Shown: one piece after another, positions 53,301-63,180 of the stretch
How positions within the stretch are numbered: the first letter of the stretch is position 1
Layout of the letters: each line of letters begins with the position of its first letter
NCBI RefSeq assembly: GCF_964355755.1
Contig: NC_092677.1
Span: 22,803,175-22,867,174, forward strand
Direction of reading: 5' to 3'
DNA: 64,000 bases
Source: Antedon mediterranea
Lineage: Eukaryota > Animalia > Echinodermata
Program-made: the position numbers and the translations under genes
Notes under the pieces: generated by a model
What the model was told of the DNA's origin: nothing
The model's database searches: none
The model's input: only the letters and a program-made list of their open reading frames with translations

Positions 53301-56300
53301 GTAGATAGCGCATGAAATGTTAAGCCGTTAGTCTTGTGTGGGACATGGCTAATGTGCGCGTTAAAGAACGCAGTACACTCCCGGTGTACTGCCCGATTTA
53401 CCACCAGAAGGACCCCACCTGAAACAAGAATTTTCTGTATATCTACCTACTAGACAATTACCACCTATACATCTATCCAAAAAACATTCAGCTTGTATTT
53501 AGATAAAATAAATGTTTTTGTAGTATTATTATTTAAATTACATGTGTGGCTGATTTTTTGTTATCTGTTCTTGCTTTATAAGCCTGCATTTGAAGGATGT
53601 TGATTATAGATGTTACAAGATGTCTGATGTCATGTTTTGAGAACTCAATCATGGTTTTTTTTTAATAAAAAAAACATGATTTTTGAAGAACAAAGCATAT
53701 ATAAAGTTTCACTATGATACACCAACCATTCAATTTTGGCTGTATCATTTAAACAAAAATAAAACATTGGATTGATTGAAACATTCAATTGATGTGCTTG
53801 GACAAACCATTTTCAATTAAGGCTAAAGGTTTTAGGGGTTAAGTTAATGGTACTTGTAAATGAATGTATATTTCTATTTTCAGTTGATAATGGTTTCAAC
53901 CCTGTTTTTAAGGAGTCCTGCGAGTTTGACATTTTGAATCCAGAGTTTGCGTTCATTCGCTTTGTAGTTCAGGATGAGGACATGTTTGGTGATCCTAACT
54001 TTATTGGTCAGGCAACATATCCGTTAAGAGCAATACGATCCGGTAAAATAAAGTGTTTGAATCTTGTTATTAGAAAAATAGGGCAAATTTAATACATTTT
54101 TTAACCACTTTTATTCAATAAAACAAAAGGCAAACTGTACAGAAAACAATAAAATAAGAAAATAAAATAAAATACTAGAGCAAAGTATTAGCCAAGCTTA
54201 AAGGTAGTGGAACAGAAAAATAAAACAATAAAATTTAAATTTAAAAAATAAAATGATTCAATCAGAACATAAAATGTCAAAGCCCTCAACCTGGCTTCTG
54301 AATGTCTTTCACAGAAATGGCAAAGAAAGAGGTATATTACTGGGATGATTAGCCCTTTCACTGTGTATACACGGTATTACCGGGTATTAGAAAACCAATG
54401 ATTTAATCGTATTTGCCTATAATATAGCACCCTCTATATTTTTTGATAAACTTAAAGAATTTATTAAAGCTACATTTTAACATGCGCCCTCTATATGTGT
54501 TTATATCAGCTTGATTTCAATTTCAACTTGCACCATCTGGGAAATAAGATATCACATGTTATAACCATTTTGACCTTAGAACGTTGTATTATTAGCTATA
54601 AGGGCGCAAAAACAACCTCCAGTTACTAAATTTACCCACCTTAATAGGAAAATATCGTGTTCATCATAATATGCAAAAAACAGTCTGAAATAATCGTTAG
54701 TTTTTCTATATTATAGAGATGTTTTTGACCCAAAACTTTCATTTATGCGTAATTTTTTATAAAACGATAAAAATAAATCAATTTTTAAAAATATACATAT
54801 ATTCATCAATATCCAGAGAGAAACTCATATTCCATAAGAGTTTCTTATAGAAAAAATAAAATAAATAAATGTTATCATTGAATTGACAAAAAACAGGAAT
54901 TTTAAAGTAGCTGTTATGACGTCACATTAATATGCAAATTAGATTTTTTTTACTCACAACCGTAGACCAAACTTTTACCCACCTCACACCACAAAAATAA
55001 TTACAAAATTATCTCATTTAGTTTTTTTTTTGCAATTTATTAAAATGGCATATTTTTGTTAAATAAATAATACTCACATAGGTGGGAATAATGCTGCACA
55101 GTGAAAGTGTTAAGTGGCTGCCCACAGTTAAAGTGAAATAATATCTATTTTTTATTATAGTATTCTGTTTTTATGTTCTCAGGATATCGATCTGTTCCTT
55201 TGAAGAATGGATATAGTGAACCTCTTGAACTCTCATCACTGCTTGTCAAAATTGACGTCCGAGTAATTGGGGTAAGGAGAATTATTCTTTAATAACTTGG
55301 GTCACATATTTCCACTTGTACTGTATATTTGAATCTATAAGATCCTCAGAATCTTGTTTAAAGTAGATGATTATTCAACCATTATGTTGCATCTTATTCA
55401 GGTACCTTTGTAATTATTTACCATTTCTATTTTCTTGTTTTCTCATCCAAATTATAATCAAGCAAAAATGATTTGATGTGTAATATTAATTTTAGGCGAG
55501 TGATGAATCTGCTATTTATGATTCAATATCTGTTCTTCGAGAAAGAACGCAAATATTGGAAAAAAATGTGAGTGAGCTGAAAGCAGAAGATGTTCAGTAT
55601 AATATGCGTTGTATGGAATTGGAACGGTGCCAGGAGAAACTGTTTGAATTACAAGAGATGAGAAGGTTTGGTATAGTTGATTGTTTCAGTTAGGTCACAT
55701 GAACGTGCCTATTAAAAAATATAAATAGTAATTGTTATGTGCTTTAAAGATGAATAATGTGAAGACATGTCTGTTTAGCAATTTGTTGTTACTATCAATC
55801 AATCAATTCTTATTTTCCATCATAACAAACATAAAAAAATACAATTTAAGATGGAGGACGTACAACTAAGGCAGAGCCTGAAAAAACGTTGTAGAACCTT
55901 TACAATAAAAACACTAACAAAAACGTACACATACAAATATTGAAGGACATAAATAAATATATATAAAAATACATATAAATTAACAATATACATATGTAAA
56001 GATGCAACCCACCCACCCTTGTAATATGCATAGCCAAAATGAACAAGTTATCTATTAATATAAGCATAAATAAAAAATATAAACTGTACAAGGTAAAGCC
56101 ACTTAGTCAAGAGATTGTATGTGCTTAGAAATCTGTGTTTTGAAATGATTAACACTAAGTAAAAGATTTGAACTTGTCACTTGGGATGAGTTAGGTTATC
56201 CATGCTAAAGCTACATGCATGTACACACATTCATTATGCTATCCTATATGATCTATGTTTTTTAGTGCTGGATTCTGTCTATTTTGTGTCGTATAGTGTA

Positions 56301-56608
56301 TACAGTATTTACACTGTATATACTACATACAGTGTAGCATAGGTGAAATTACACGATAAGATCCATTTTTGACATACTCACATCATCAAAATGAAACATA
56401 AAGACAACAATTCCAGAAGAATTTTGTCTGACTAAGAATTACATTCTTCTTAATGTTGCCCTTTGATGGGTTCTTTCTTTCAATCTTTGTACTTTTTTAG
56501 TTTGCTACTGTATTTAATTTTTAATTTGTTAATTTCTTTTTTTTTATTGACAGAAAGCAACAACTTAGAAAGACTCCAAGCAATAAACAAGCATCTTGGT
56601 TGAGATAA
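5091..56608 (+). CDS. PLCG1: Phospholipase C-gamma (1-phosphatidylinositol 4,5-bisphosphate phosphodiesterase gamma); multi-exon gene, ~1275 aa with exon 18A, ~1278 aa with exon 18B
   Basis: Hand-spliced exons keep one continuous frame with GT-AG boundaries. Diagnostic motifs: [15 protein letters not shown] and [20 protein letters not shown] (X box, both catalytic His), FLVRES and FLVRKR (two SH2), [16 protein letters not shown]...WWKGDYGG (SH3), [17 protein letters not shown] (Y box), DNGFNPVF...[17 protein letters not shown] (C2). The symbol denotes the PLCG family; an invertebrate gene would be co-orthologous to PLCG1/PLCG2. Confidence 0.97.
5471..5782 (-). mobile_element. tRNA-derived SINE, family A, full-length
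   Basis: The minus strand starts GAGTGAGTGGCCGAGCGGTTAAG (A box) ... GGGTTCGAGGC (B box) and ends in a (CAAT)n tail; near-identical copy at 46583-46904. Confidence 0.9.
9477..11047. mobile_element. Kolobok-like non-autonomous DNA transposon inserted in a short tandem-repeat block
   Basis: TIRs AGGGGGATTCTGGGTTTAAAA / TTTTAAACCCGGAACCCCCCT, flanked by TTAA (9473-9476, 11048-11051); the flanking repeat GTTACCTGATGGATGTGGTTCTTTAAAC continues on both sides. Confidence 0.75.
11431..11580 (+). CDS. PLCG1: PLCG exon 2 (PH)
   Basis: [20 protein letters not shown]...[18 protein letters not shown]; ttttag / GTAATT. Confidence 0.95.
14623..14716 (+). CDS. PLCG1: PLCG exon 3 (end of PH)
   Basis: [30 protein letters not shown]; cag / GTAAGA. 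Confidence 0.92.
15876..15923 (+). CDS. PLCG1: PLCG exon 4
   Basis: [15 protein letters not shown]; tag / GTAAGT, phase 2-2. Confidence 0.9.
17068..17484. mobile_element. Tc1/mariner-like MITE
   Basis: TA-CAGTT ... AACTG-TA ends with repeated CCTCCCGTAAGCG subterminal motifs. Confidence 0.55.
17923..17946 (+). CDS. Candidate 24-nt microexon between exons 4 and 5 (KTKIQQKK)
   Basis: ttttattttcag|AAAGACAAAAATACAACAGAAAAA|GTAAGG; phase 2-2, in frame. Confidence 0.4.
18290..18560. repeat. 42-bp minisatellite (ACTGATATCATCACAGTTACCGCCATCACAATCACCACTAAC) in a CAC/CAT-rich low-complexity tract
   Basis: Visible repeats; accounts for the repetitive ORFs on both strands. Confidence 0.9.
22915..22996 (+). 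CDS. PLCG1: PLCG exon 5 (EF-hand)
   Basis: [27 protein letters not shown]; gcag / GTGAGT. Confidence 0.92.
23609..23869. repeat. 33/35-bp minisatellite abutting the exon 6 acceptor
   Basis: TTTAGATCCATACTCAGTGT(AC)AAGTCTATATGGGTGT, ~7.5 copies. Confidence 0.95.
23880..23960 (+). CDS. PLCG1: PLCG exon 6 (EF-hand)
   Basis: [27 protein letters not shown]; tag / GTAAAA. Confidence 0.9.
25385..25422 (+). CDS. PLCG1: PLCG exon 7
   Basis: [12 protein letters not shown]; cag / GTAAGT; needed to connect the phases of exons 6 and 8. Confidence 0.8.
26332..26670. mobile_element. TTAA-flanked (Kolobok-like) MITE; related partial copy at ~8134-8400
   Basis: Ends TTAAAGATGTATTGTCC ... GGACAATACATATTTAA; internal AAATTGGCTGCCAGCCAATGG shared with 8265-8283. 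Confidence 0.65.
27289..27340 (+). CDS. PLCG1: PLCG exon 8 (EF-hand)
   Basis: [17 protein letters not shown]; cag / GTAATA. Confidence 0.9.
27663..27770 (+). CDS. PLCG1: PLCG exon 9
   Basis: [36 protein letters not shown]; tag / GTACGT. Confidence 0.9.
28217..28343. repeat. 16-bp tandem repeat (ATAATGAAGCTGTTAT)
   Basis: ~7-8 visible copies. Confidence 0.95.
28569..28684 (+). CDS. PLCG1: PLCG exon 10 (start of catalytic X box)
   Basis: [14 protein letters not shown]...[15 protein letters not shown]; tag / GTAAGT. Confidence 0.96.
28745..29040 (-). mobile_element. tRNA-derived SINE, family B
   Basis: Minus strand TGGCGCAATGTG (A box-like) ... GGTTCGATTCC (B box); 3' end GCGCTATATAAATCC plus (ATT)n tail. 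Confidence 0.75.
29383..29709 (-). pseudogene. Decayed Myb/SANT-like (trihelix) ORF, probably from a PIF/Harbinger-like transposon
   Basis: [30 protein letters not shown]...[13 protein letters not shown], then after a frameshift [33 protein letters not shown]; matches the W..E...LI.LW ... Y...KD...SG ... F...D.ILG pattern. Confidence 0.7.
29867..31327 (-). mobile_element. 5'-truncated non-LTR retrotransposon (CR1/L2/Jockey-type RT), frameshifted
   Basis: [67 protein letters not shown]; frameshift near 31130-31170; (AAAAT)n 3' tail at ~29867-29892. Confidence 0.95.
32123..32208 (+). CDS. PLCG1: PLCG exon 11 (X box)
   Basis: [28 protein letters not shown]; weak aag acceptor / GTAAGT. Confidence 0.95.
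33340..33460 (+). CDS. PLCG1: PLCG exon 12 (X box)
   Basis: [39 protein letters not shown]; cag / GTAAGT. Confidence 0.96.
34454..35021. mobile_element. Kolobok-like MITE, copy 1
   Basis: TTAA-AGACACCTTCCCTAC ... GTAGGGCATGTGTCT-TTAA. Confidence 0.8.
35357..35959. mobile_element. Kolobok-like MITE, copy 2 (same orientation)
   Basis: AGACCCCTTCCCTAC ... GTAGGGAAGGGGTCT-TTAA; colinear with 34454-35021. Confidence 0.8.
36308..36393 (+). CDS. PLCG1: PLCG exon 13 (X box)
   Basis: [28 protein letters not shown]; tag / GTAAGA. Confidence 0.95.
36860..37000 (+). CDS. PLCG1: PLCG exon 14 (end of X box)
   Basis: [30 protein letters not shown]; cag / GTAAGT. Confidence 0.95.
37251..37452 (-). mobile_element. 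SINE family A, partial/diverged copy
   Basis: Shares the core ...GGTAACCCCCTACTC...GAGAAGACTCGTTCTACC...GGCCACTCACTC. Confidence 0.85.
37829..37896 (+). CDS. PLCG1: PLCG exon 15 (split PH, N-half)
   Basis: [22 protein letters not shown]; cag / GTGAGT. Confidence 0.93.
38718..38828 (+). CDS. PLCG1: PLCG exon 16 (split PH)
   Basis: [20 protein letters not shown]...[11 protein letters not shown]; cag / GTCATT. Confidence 0.9.
39230..39411 (+). CDS. PLCG1: PLCG exon 17 (N-half of nSH2, pTyr pocket)
   Basis: [13 protein letters not shown]...[20 protein letters not shown](W); tag / GTAAGT, ends in phase 2. Confidence 0.95.
40471..40767 (+). mobile_element. tRNA-derived SINE, family C
   Basis: TGGCTTGGTGG A box, GGTTCAAGTCC B box, A-rich tail; related minus-strand fragment at ~45200-45320. 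Confidence 0.7.
41021..41221 (+). CDS. PLCG1: PLCG exon 18A (C-half of nSH2, canonical-type variant)
   Basis: [67 protein letters not shown]; aag / GTAAGT; 201 nt, phase 2-2. Confidence 0.93.
41355..41564 (+). CDS. PLCG1: PLCG exon 18B (duplicated alternative C-half of nSH2; candidate mutually exclusive exon)
   Basis: [70 protein letters not shown]; cag / GTAAGT; 210 nt, phase 2-2, open frame, colinear with 18A. Confidence 0.85.
42066..42086 (+). CDS. Candidate 21-nt microexon in the nSH2-cSH2 linker (INFPEKE)
   Basis: ttttag|GATTAATTTTCCAGAAAAAGA|GTAAGC; phase 2-2, in frame, no stop; U-rich upstream tract. Confidence 0.45.
42777..42916. repeat. 69-bp direct tandem duplication
   Basis: TGTACAAAAGCAGCACCTGTCACCAGGTATAAAGGTGGCAGATGCAGCC... 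occurs twice. Confidence 0.9.
42912..43258. mobile_element. Tc1/pogo-like MITE
   Basis: TA-CTGTAAAACCTCGAAAA.AAGCCC ... GGGCTTCTTTTCGTGGTTTTACGG-TA. Confidence 0.75.
43450..43638. repeat. 27-bp minisatellite (CAGGTTTGAGGCACTCCTCAGCCATAG) x7
   Basis: Directly visible; no spacers. Confidence 0.97.
44072..44194 (+). CDS. PLCG1: PLCG exon 19 (cSH2 N-half)
   Basis: [40 protein letters not shown]; tag / GTTAAT. Confidence 0.95.
44318..44727. repeat. ~200-bp tandem duplication within a GC-ended MITE-like segment
   Basis: AAATGTGTATACCTGGTACTACTGGGTATAGG...GGATCGTTTTTATCATTTA occurs twice. Confidence 0.8.
44881..45058 (+). CDS. PLCG1: PLCG exon 20 (cSH2 C-half)
   Basis: [50 protein letters not shown]; cag / GTATGT. 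Confidence 0.96.
45560..45900 (-). mobile_element. 3' fragment of a CR1/L2-like LINE
   Basis: HHYMTRSS...[19 protein letters not shown] resembles the C-terminal ORF2 motif of these LINEs. Confidence 0.7.
46070..46141 (+). CDS. PLCG1: PLCG exon 21 (cSH2-SH3 linker with regulatory tyrosines)
   Basis: [24 protein letters not shown]; LYISPN lies at the position of the activating Tyr783 motif of PLCG1 (inference); tag / GTAATG. Confidence 0.88.
46416..46519 (+). CDS. PLCG1: PLCG exon 22 (SH3)
   Basis: [35 protein letters not shown]; gcag / GTTAGT. Confidence 0.96.
46583..46904 (-). mobile_element. tRNA-derived SINE, family A, full-length
   Basis: Nearly identical to 5471-5782; explains the duplicated 61-aa ORFs in the track. 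Confidence 0.9.
47276..47427 (+). CDS. PLCG1: PLCG exon 23 (SH3 end, split PH C-half start)
   Basis: [20 protein letters not shown]...[12 protein letters not shown]; gcag / GTAAGT. Confidence 0.95.
47545..48260. repeat. ~18-bp degenerate satellite (GTGTGGGCTTATATCCAA)
   Basis: Dozens of degenerate copies; source of the repetitive QVWAYI/GLYPSV ORFs. Confidence 0.92.
48495..48649 (+). CDS. PLCG1: PLCG exon 24 (split PH C-half)
   Basis: LFVFSIVSP...[21 protein letters not shown]; cag / GTAAGT. Confidence 0.92.
49397..49493 (+). CDS. PLCG1: PLCG exon 25 (Y box start)
   Basis: [23 protein letters not shown]; tag / GTAAGT. Confidence 0.95.
49792..49992 (+). CDS. PLCG1: PLCG exon 26 (Y box)
   Basis: EMSSFPETK...[37 protein letters not shown]; tag / GTATGT. 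Confidence 0.96.
51188..51336 (+). CDS. PLCG1: PLCG exon 27 (Y box end)
   Basis: [26 protein letters not shown]...IHLTVD; cag / GTAAGT. Confidence 0.95.
51904..52021 (+). CDS. PLCG1: PLCG exon 28 (C2)
   Basis: [29 protein letters not shown]; tag / GTACGT. Confidence 0.95.
53884..54042 (+). CDS. PLCG1: PLCG exon 29 (C2)
   Basis: DNGFNPVF...[29 protein letters not shown]; cag / GTAAAA. Confidence 0.96.
54353..55109. mobile_element. piggyBac-like MITE
   Basis: CCCTTTCACTGTG ... CACAGTGAAAGTG-TTAA; left flank is TTAG. Confidence 0.55.
55183..55271 (+). CDS. PLCG1: PLCG exon 30 (C2 end)
   Basis: [23 protein letters not shown]; cag / GTAAGG. Confidence 0.95.
55496..55665 (+). CDS. PLCG1: PLCG exon 31 (C-terminal helical/coiled-coil tail)
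   Basis: [24 protein letters not shown]...[15 protein letters not shown]; tag / GTTTGG. Confidence 0.85.
56554..56608 (+). CDS. PLCG1: PLCG last coding exon
   Basis: Strong polypyrimidine-cag acceptor; [17 protein letters not shown] then TAA 56606-56608. Confidence 0.8.
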
Positions 56609-59600
56609 ATATTATGCAGATATAGGTGTAGTATCCCTAAAGAGCATCTTCGTCCCTCTAACAACTTCACTTCCCTAGATCATAGTAATTTATGGATGTT
56701 CATGTATTCTATTGCCTAAACATTTATGATGGCTAAGTAATGTTGGTTGAATAAAATAATAAATCAAGCAATTGACATGGAACAATACAGAGTGACAGAT
56801 ACCACAGTGTTTAACATATAGAAGATACACACAGTAGAAGATAAATGAAGATTTTATTCTGCTTTTGTGACATCATTACAAACATGTAATGCAAGAGGAT
56901 AACTTGAAAATCGCGGACGTTATTTTGCAAACAAACACACAAAGCAAGTAATATACTTGACATTTAACCAAATAAAAACGTTTTTTTTTATTGAATACAG
57001 ATGACTTACAAACAAATGTGTGAAGACCAAAATAATGTGTGATTGCCTTAATTTGAAAATATTTAATGACCAAGCAGTTAAGATGAAAGGAACAGTAATT
57101 CATAGCCACTAATTCAATGGTATGAGTTCATTAGTGTTTTGAGTTCATGCGTCTGGAGATAGAACAATGTATTGATTTGGTGGATAGAAAAACGGTTTGA
57201 CCCTTTACTGGAGAAGTGCGGTAAACAAAAGACGAATCAAATCCACAATGGCTCCGACCTTTATGAAATTGAGCTATGGCATATTAATACTGAAAAGAGA
57301 CCTAAATTCATATCCTTTTTGTTTCATTTAATCTCAACATCTTTGAAAAATGGAATTTGTGATATTTTAGGTGAGACAGTGATTGTGTCAATATTTGTGT
57401 AGTGTTGTGTGAATGATATTACTCAGGCTTTATAAACTAATGTATTTGGTTTGCAATGACGGTGACATCCTTAAATGACATAGTAAACTTGTAGTATAAA
57501 TTATTGTACAGAGTAACAAGTTATGAATGAGACATACTGTACATTTTTTGAATGATATTCATGATTTTCCCCAGATCTTGTATTCTTCTACAGTAAGCCC
57601 TATATAAGAAGAACCAACATTATAGTATTGAGCCACATTATACAGCAAATCTCTGGCATGTATTTTCGGACTATAATTAATACTGCCTGTAAAGTTAATT
57701 AATTAAACATACTGTAGGAAGCCACACATCACTGTGGTAAATATTAAGTGCAAGAATAAAATATTATTGTCCACACCACACTGAACTACACACGCATTAT
57801 TGAAAGCATAGATATTGTATACTATAACAATACTATAATATCTATATGTTGAAAGTAAACAATGAAAGCAGCATACAAGCAGATAACAATTAAACTAATC
57901 TATTTTAACAAATGTCGCATTCACGTTTTCTTGTAGAATGTGTACCAAACATTTTGACATAATTATTTATTTTTTTATATTTCTACTTTTTTTCCCGGTT
58001 ACAAAAAGATATTATGGTACTGATTACAAACTGAATAAGATAGTACTAAAAAGAATCAAATTATTAATTGAATAGTTGGAAGACATAGATATACTATAGA
58101 CTGTTGTTGTTTTGATATATTAACCTTTAGAATGACTGTTTATTTTGTTTCACAATATTTGTGTACAAGTGAAATATAAATATTGTATATATTTATATGT
58201 TATAAAAAAGCATATCAGACATATTTTTTAAATACTTGAGAATGCAATAGAAGAATAAGCAGTGGTTGTTGGCCAATTTTGATTAAGTTGTTTTTTATTT
58301 CATACATATCCAAAAATCTGTAAAGTGTATCAATCTAAAAATAATCCAAACAAACCTTCATCTATTTTAAATTAAAAAAGATTGTTGTGAAGGAAATGCT
58401 TTTTAGTTTTATTGAAAGTTAACGTCTGCTGTTGCTAGTATCACTTTATCAATAATATAAGAAGCATCATTTTATTTTGCAGTGACGTTTTACTAAGTTG
58501 AATATCTGGAAAATGTATCGTAGTATAAAATGTACGTAAATGGTTTATTAAAACTATTTTATTTTGTTTCTCAAATTCTTTGCAATATTTGTTATAAACC
58601 ACAGAGGCAATTTATCAGGAAATCAACCTATTATGGCTTAGTTGTGACTGGGACGTAATGCAAGGACGTAAGCACAACGCAAGCAAATTGACCAATGACA
58701 AGTGACCTATTAAACCATCACTTGTGATTGGTCAAATTAGTTGCATTGTATTTTCATCCTTGCGTTGCGTTCTAGTGGGAACCAATAGGATTAATTAATC
58801 ACCTAATCAAGTAAACAGAGTACCACCATACAGATAAATTATTATAAGCCCACCACCTAATATTGACGTAACATTTATTTATCAGGTAAAATGTTCAATA
58901 TGTTTATAGACAGATCATGTATGGTACATTTTATTCATTGCTTATTAATAGTGTTTATTACGTGTTTATTCATAATGTGAAATGACCTATAAAGTAATAG
59001 ACTGGCTAATTATAATTTAATAATTTAGTTACATAAATGTTTGATTAAATCTTTATTTTTCATGTAAAATGATCTATGTGGATATAGATAGACATTAGTA
59101 AAATATCCAATTAGTGTTGAATGTCATCTTGTATAATAACCTATATGAGTTCTAAGTCTTAGAAAATCCGACCAGCATGTGCAAAGAGAGATAAATAAGA
59201 AGTTTGTTTGAAATGAGGTTCAATGTCTTTAAAACAACTGAGGCCTGGACCCCACCCCACTAATTTATGGGGAAACTGGACCTGGACTGTGATGCTATGC
59301 TTTATCTGGCCTGCAATATAATTTATGAATAACAATCAGGCCCACACTAGAAAACTTGATCAATGACTTGATAGATTGGCAATAATTCCTTGTTGCACAA
59401 ATATTTATTTGTAAATGACAACTTTTGGGTCCCAGTGAAGTTGGGTTGGCCTGGCCATTAAAGTGTTATAGCATACATTGTTTCACAGCGTCTGAATAGT
59501 GTCCCAAAAGAGGATACTTTGTGATATAATCTGTATTTTCCCCTATTACATGTTTCATATCATTATTTTAAGAGAGTAAACCTATGCAATCATGATTCAT

Positions 59601-60260
59601 TATTTTTTATAAATTTAGTTGTTGATTTGATGTTTACTATTAGGATGTGTGTGTGGTTTAAAATATTTTAACAATTTATTCTAATGAAAGAACTCATTAA
59701 TTCAATTTTATTTACATTTTATAAGCTTATCATTTTCATATGAACGTTTGGATTAAGTACCAGACCTGAAACGATATTGAACTAAACAAACAATGGGGGT
59801 GGTGTTATCAAATGATGCCTTATTTATAATATTTCAAAATATGAATTATTTCCTTATAACATGTATGACAATTCATAGAATGGTATAATACTATTAGTAT
59901 ATTTTTACATAAATACTGTATTTTTATTGACAACTAACAAATTAGTAACAAATGCACATTCATGTAAAAAAATGTTGTACATGGTGCCTGCTTTGTTCAG
60001 ATATTTAGAATTTAATTGATTTTTAAATTAATCGTACTTTTAAATTTGGAAAAAAAAGAATAAACCACCAAACTCTGTAATGCACTGGATGTTTTAATGT
60101 GCCTAAATTTGTAACATTCACTTTACCTTGTATGTCACAGTGGAATTTGACAGATGGGCCTAATGTGTATAATTAGAAAGTTATATAACATTGTACACAA
60201 CAGTCTTTGTAATTGTAAACAATACACATCAAAACGAATAAACAGTGATTTTTAATTGTT
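56609..60260 (+). other. Probable long 3' UTR with distal poly(A) signal AATAAA 60237-60242
   Basis: TE-poor AT-rich stretch after the stop codon; AATAAA followed by a U/GU-rich tract (tttaattgttttgtcttt). Other AATAAA hexamers lie upstream, so the end is uncertain. Confidence 0.45.
58647..58776. repeat. Long imperfect inverted repeat (palindromic MITE-like) in the putative 3' UTR
   Basis: ~59-nt arms with a 12-nt loop; core TTGACCAATGACAAGTGA / TCACTTGTGATTGGTCAA. Confidence 0.8.
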
Positions 60261-62994
60261 TTGTCTTTAATATTGTTTCTAGTAGTAAAATCAAGTCAAG
60301 GTGGTCACTAAATGTTAGTACATATTATCCAGCGAAGCAATACATATGTATGAGGCTTGTTTGCGATAATTTAAAATGGTTGTAAGGTAGTTAATGTATA
60401 TAATGAAAAACACAATCATTCCATAATTTTTCCGTGATCCTACAAATATCATTAGTATTCAGTCTACTGTACATATCAAAAATTATTTGACATTAAATCA
60501 CCAAACTAACTCGTAACCATGTCCATGCCCTAAACGTGTTTAGGCCTATATATAGACGGTTAATCTTCCAGGTTTCACGGTATACCAGTATTTATTACAA
60601 TTATCATAGAGATATTATAGTGAACTATAATATCTCTATGCAATTATTAAAATAATTGCAAAATGTTTGTGTCGGTGTCAGAGACCAGTTACCGAATATG
60701 AATATGAAGAAGGGCTATTTTGTAAGGGACGTGGCATTAGGTTCCAGGACGATTCGGCCCAGGACTATTAGAGCGGAGTAATGGATTAGACTGTCTGCCA
60801 TGCTATTTAACGAGTTAACCGGGTTTGTAGACACAAAGTCCGCTTGGCAGACAATCTGCAGCAACATGCAATTGGAGTATGCGATGCGTCGAGCGAGTGT
60901 TTAATTTAGATTCTTAGTCTTACGTTTTTCCCCAAAATATCCAACTTTGTAGTACGTCAAAATTAAACGGGGCAGATCTGTTTCGAAAGGGGAGGGGAAC
61001 AGTAAAAGATTATTTTGCAAGCGAAGCGGGCTGGGGATCCGAAAGACTTTCTCTGAAAGACCGGGGTGGGGGGGGGCGGATCCAGGGTGTTGTGAAAGGG
61101 GGGGGGGGGGTGCAACTGCAGAGAGTCACGCCAACTCAGCCCCACCAAGGTTTGGGCTGAGTGGAGGCGATTTTCGAAATATAACACCGCTAGATGGTCG
61201 GAAATGGCACTCTCACGTTATTATGAAAAAAAATTTTAACATGAAAACTGAGGTACTAGCCTATTAAATTGTGACATTTTCCCCATAGGCCTATTTTGAT
61301 TAAAAGCGTCACAGAGGGCGCTTTGTTACAACCGTTAATGTAGAAAACGCCAGCTAATGTCGAAACAATCGTTAAGGTAGAACAGAACAATCCACCGCTT
61401 ATGTAGTAAAACCTCCAGCTTAGTTATGTAGAAACACTAACAGAAAGGGGTTTTCCGTCCACTTTTGGCAAAAGTTGCCCATTAGAGTGAATAGAACTAT
61501 GGGTCTTCTGACGGTAGTTTGGCACAAATATTCCAATACATACAGTACAAAGTTACGCACAGTCTTAACGTTTCATGATCATATTGACCTTTTGGCCCCT
61601 GTACTGACCAAGCTTCCCAATTGTTTTTTGGCCAAATTTATTGATATAAGGAAGCAAAAAACATTGTTAACATAGTTTGCTAGAGAGGTGCAGGTAAACC
61701 ATTTCTGGCTCCCCAACTAATAGAAATACTACACCGGAATATTTTGATATAAAAATTATAGAAGTTCAGACGTTCTGTGGTACATTTTAAATTCTATTCT
61801 TGTATGTTCCATTTAAAGCTCATCTTAATGTCAAAGATATATAATATCAATAAAGTAATTGTTTACTTAGAAGAAGTTTACTTGTGCCAGTTATTCAGCA
61901 CTGAAAAAGCCGCGACCCAGGGTGTCCTAGTGGCCCCCCGGACCCCGGCTTAGTCATAAAGTAGTTACATAGTTGCAGGGCCTTTTAATTTTATCATTGT
62001 TGAATGTTTTGTTGTTCGCTTATTGTTAAAATTGGTTTAAAAAAAAAAGAGGTGATGCTGGCGCCAACGAATTTGACAACCTTCAGACAACCAAAATATT
62101 TTTTTGTACAAAAATTAATTTGAAATAAAACGCTAGAAAAATAATCCTTCTGCTTCATCAGCACTGCATTGGTTCCTAATAATCTGACTAAGAAAATGTA
62201 ACTTTGTTACGTTCTATCAATCCATTTTCATATCACGGAATCCATTTTCATAATAGTAGGCAATAGAATTTTAATTGAATAGTGAGGGATTAGTTACAGT
62301 GTTGAATTTGAATAAACCGTTGGCATTGGTAAGCCTAACATTTTTCAAGTTACTGAAAATCCAAAATGAACTTGCTGTTATAATACAAACAAAATTATTC
62401 AATCAAAGCAAAGAAACGCTCTACGAATTTCCGTAGTAATATGGACGTTTATTATGTTATGAACTTTGAACCATGTTTATACCGGTAGCAGTTCTTTCTG
62501 CAAATTGTCTTTGCTGTATTTTGGAGTGTAATTTAAGCAACACTGTTGTACAGTTTATAGTGGATAAATGAAAATGAATTTTGGAAATTGTGGTTTTACC
62601 TTCTGACTTTATTTAGCATTTAGCCTAATTCAAAATAATACAATTTAACATTTTGCTCAATATATTTATAGCAGCTTCATACTTTTTGTATAACTTTTTA
62701 AAATTATTAAATGATAATCAATTTGCATTCATTGATTGTAGTTATAGGCCTATCGGGGACTTCCCCCTGACGTTCGCATTGGACACAAAAAAATGTTATC
62801 CTATTGTTATTCGCGTATGTTTTAATATTACCGGCGGAATATTGTATAGGCTACAATACTCGGTTTGCTAGAGCACGACAGAGTGACATTTCCGGCGAAC
62901 TAGAGCGGGTTGCGCGGGTTCCATTTATCATGAATTTTACGTGCGAGAGTATGGAACGCCTCCTCTGCCTTCAGTTCACATTTATCATTCAATA

Positions 62995-63180
62995 CACACC
63001 AATCGTCATGCAGTACACACCATCGTCATGCAGTACACACCGAACATCATGCAGTAGACACCAAACATCATGCAGTACACACCAATCGTCATGCAGTACA
63101 CACCAATCGTCATGCAGTACACACCAATGGTCATGCAGTACACACCAATCGTCATGCAGTACACACCAATCGTCATGCAG
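62995..63180. repeat. 21-bp minisatellite (TACACACCAATCGTCATGCAG)
   Basis: ~9 visible copies. Confidence 0.95.
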
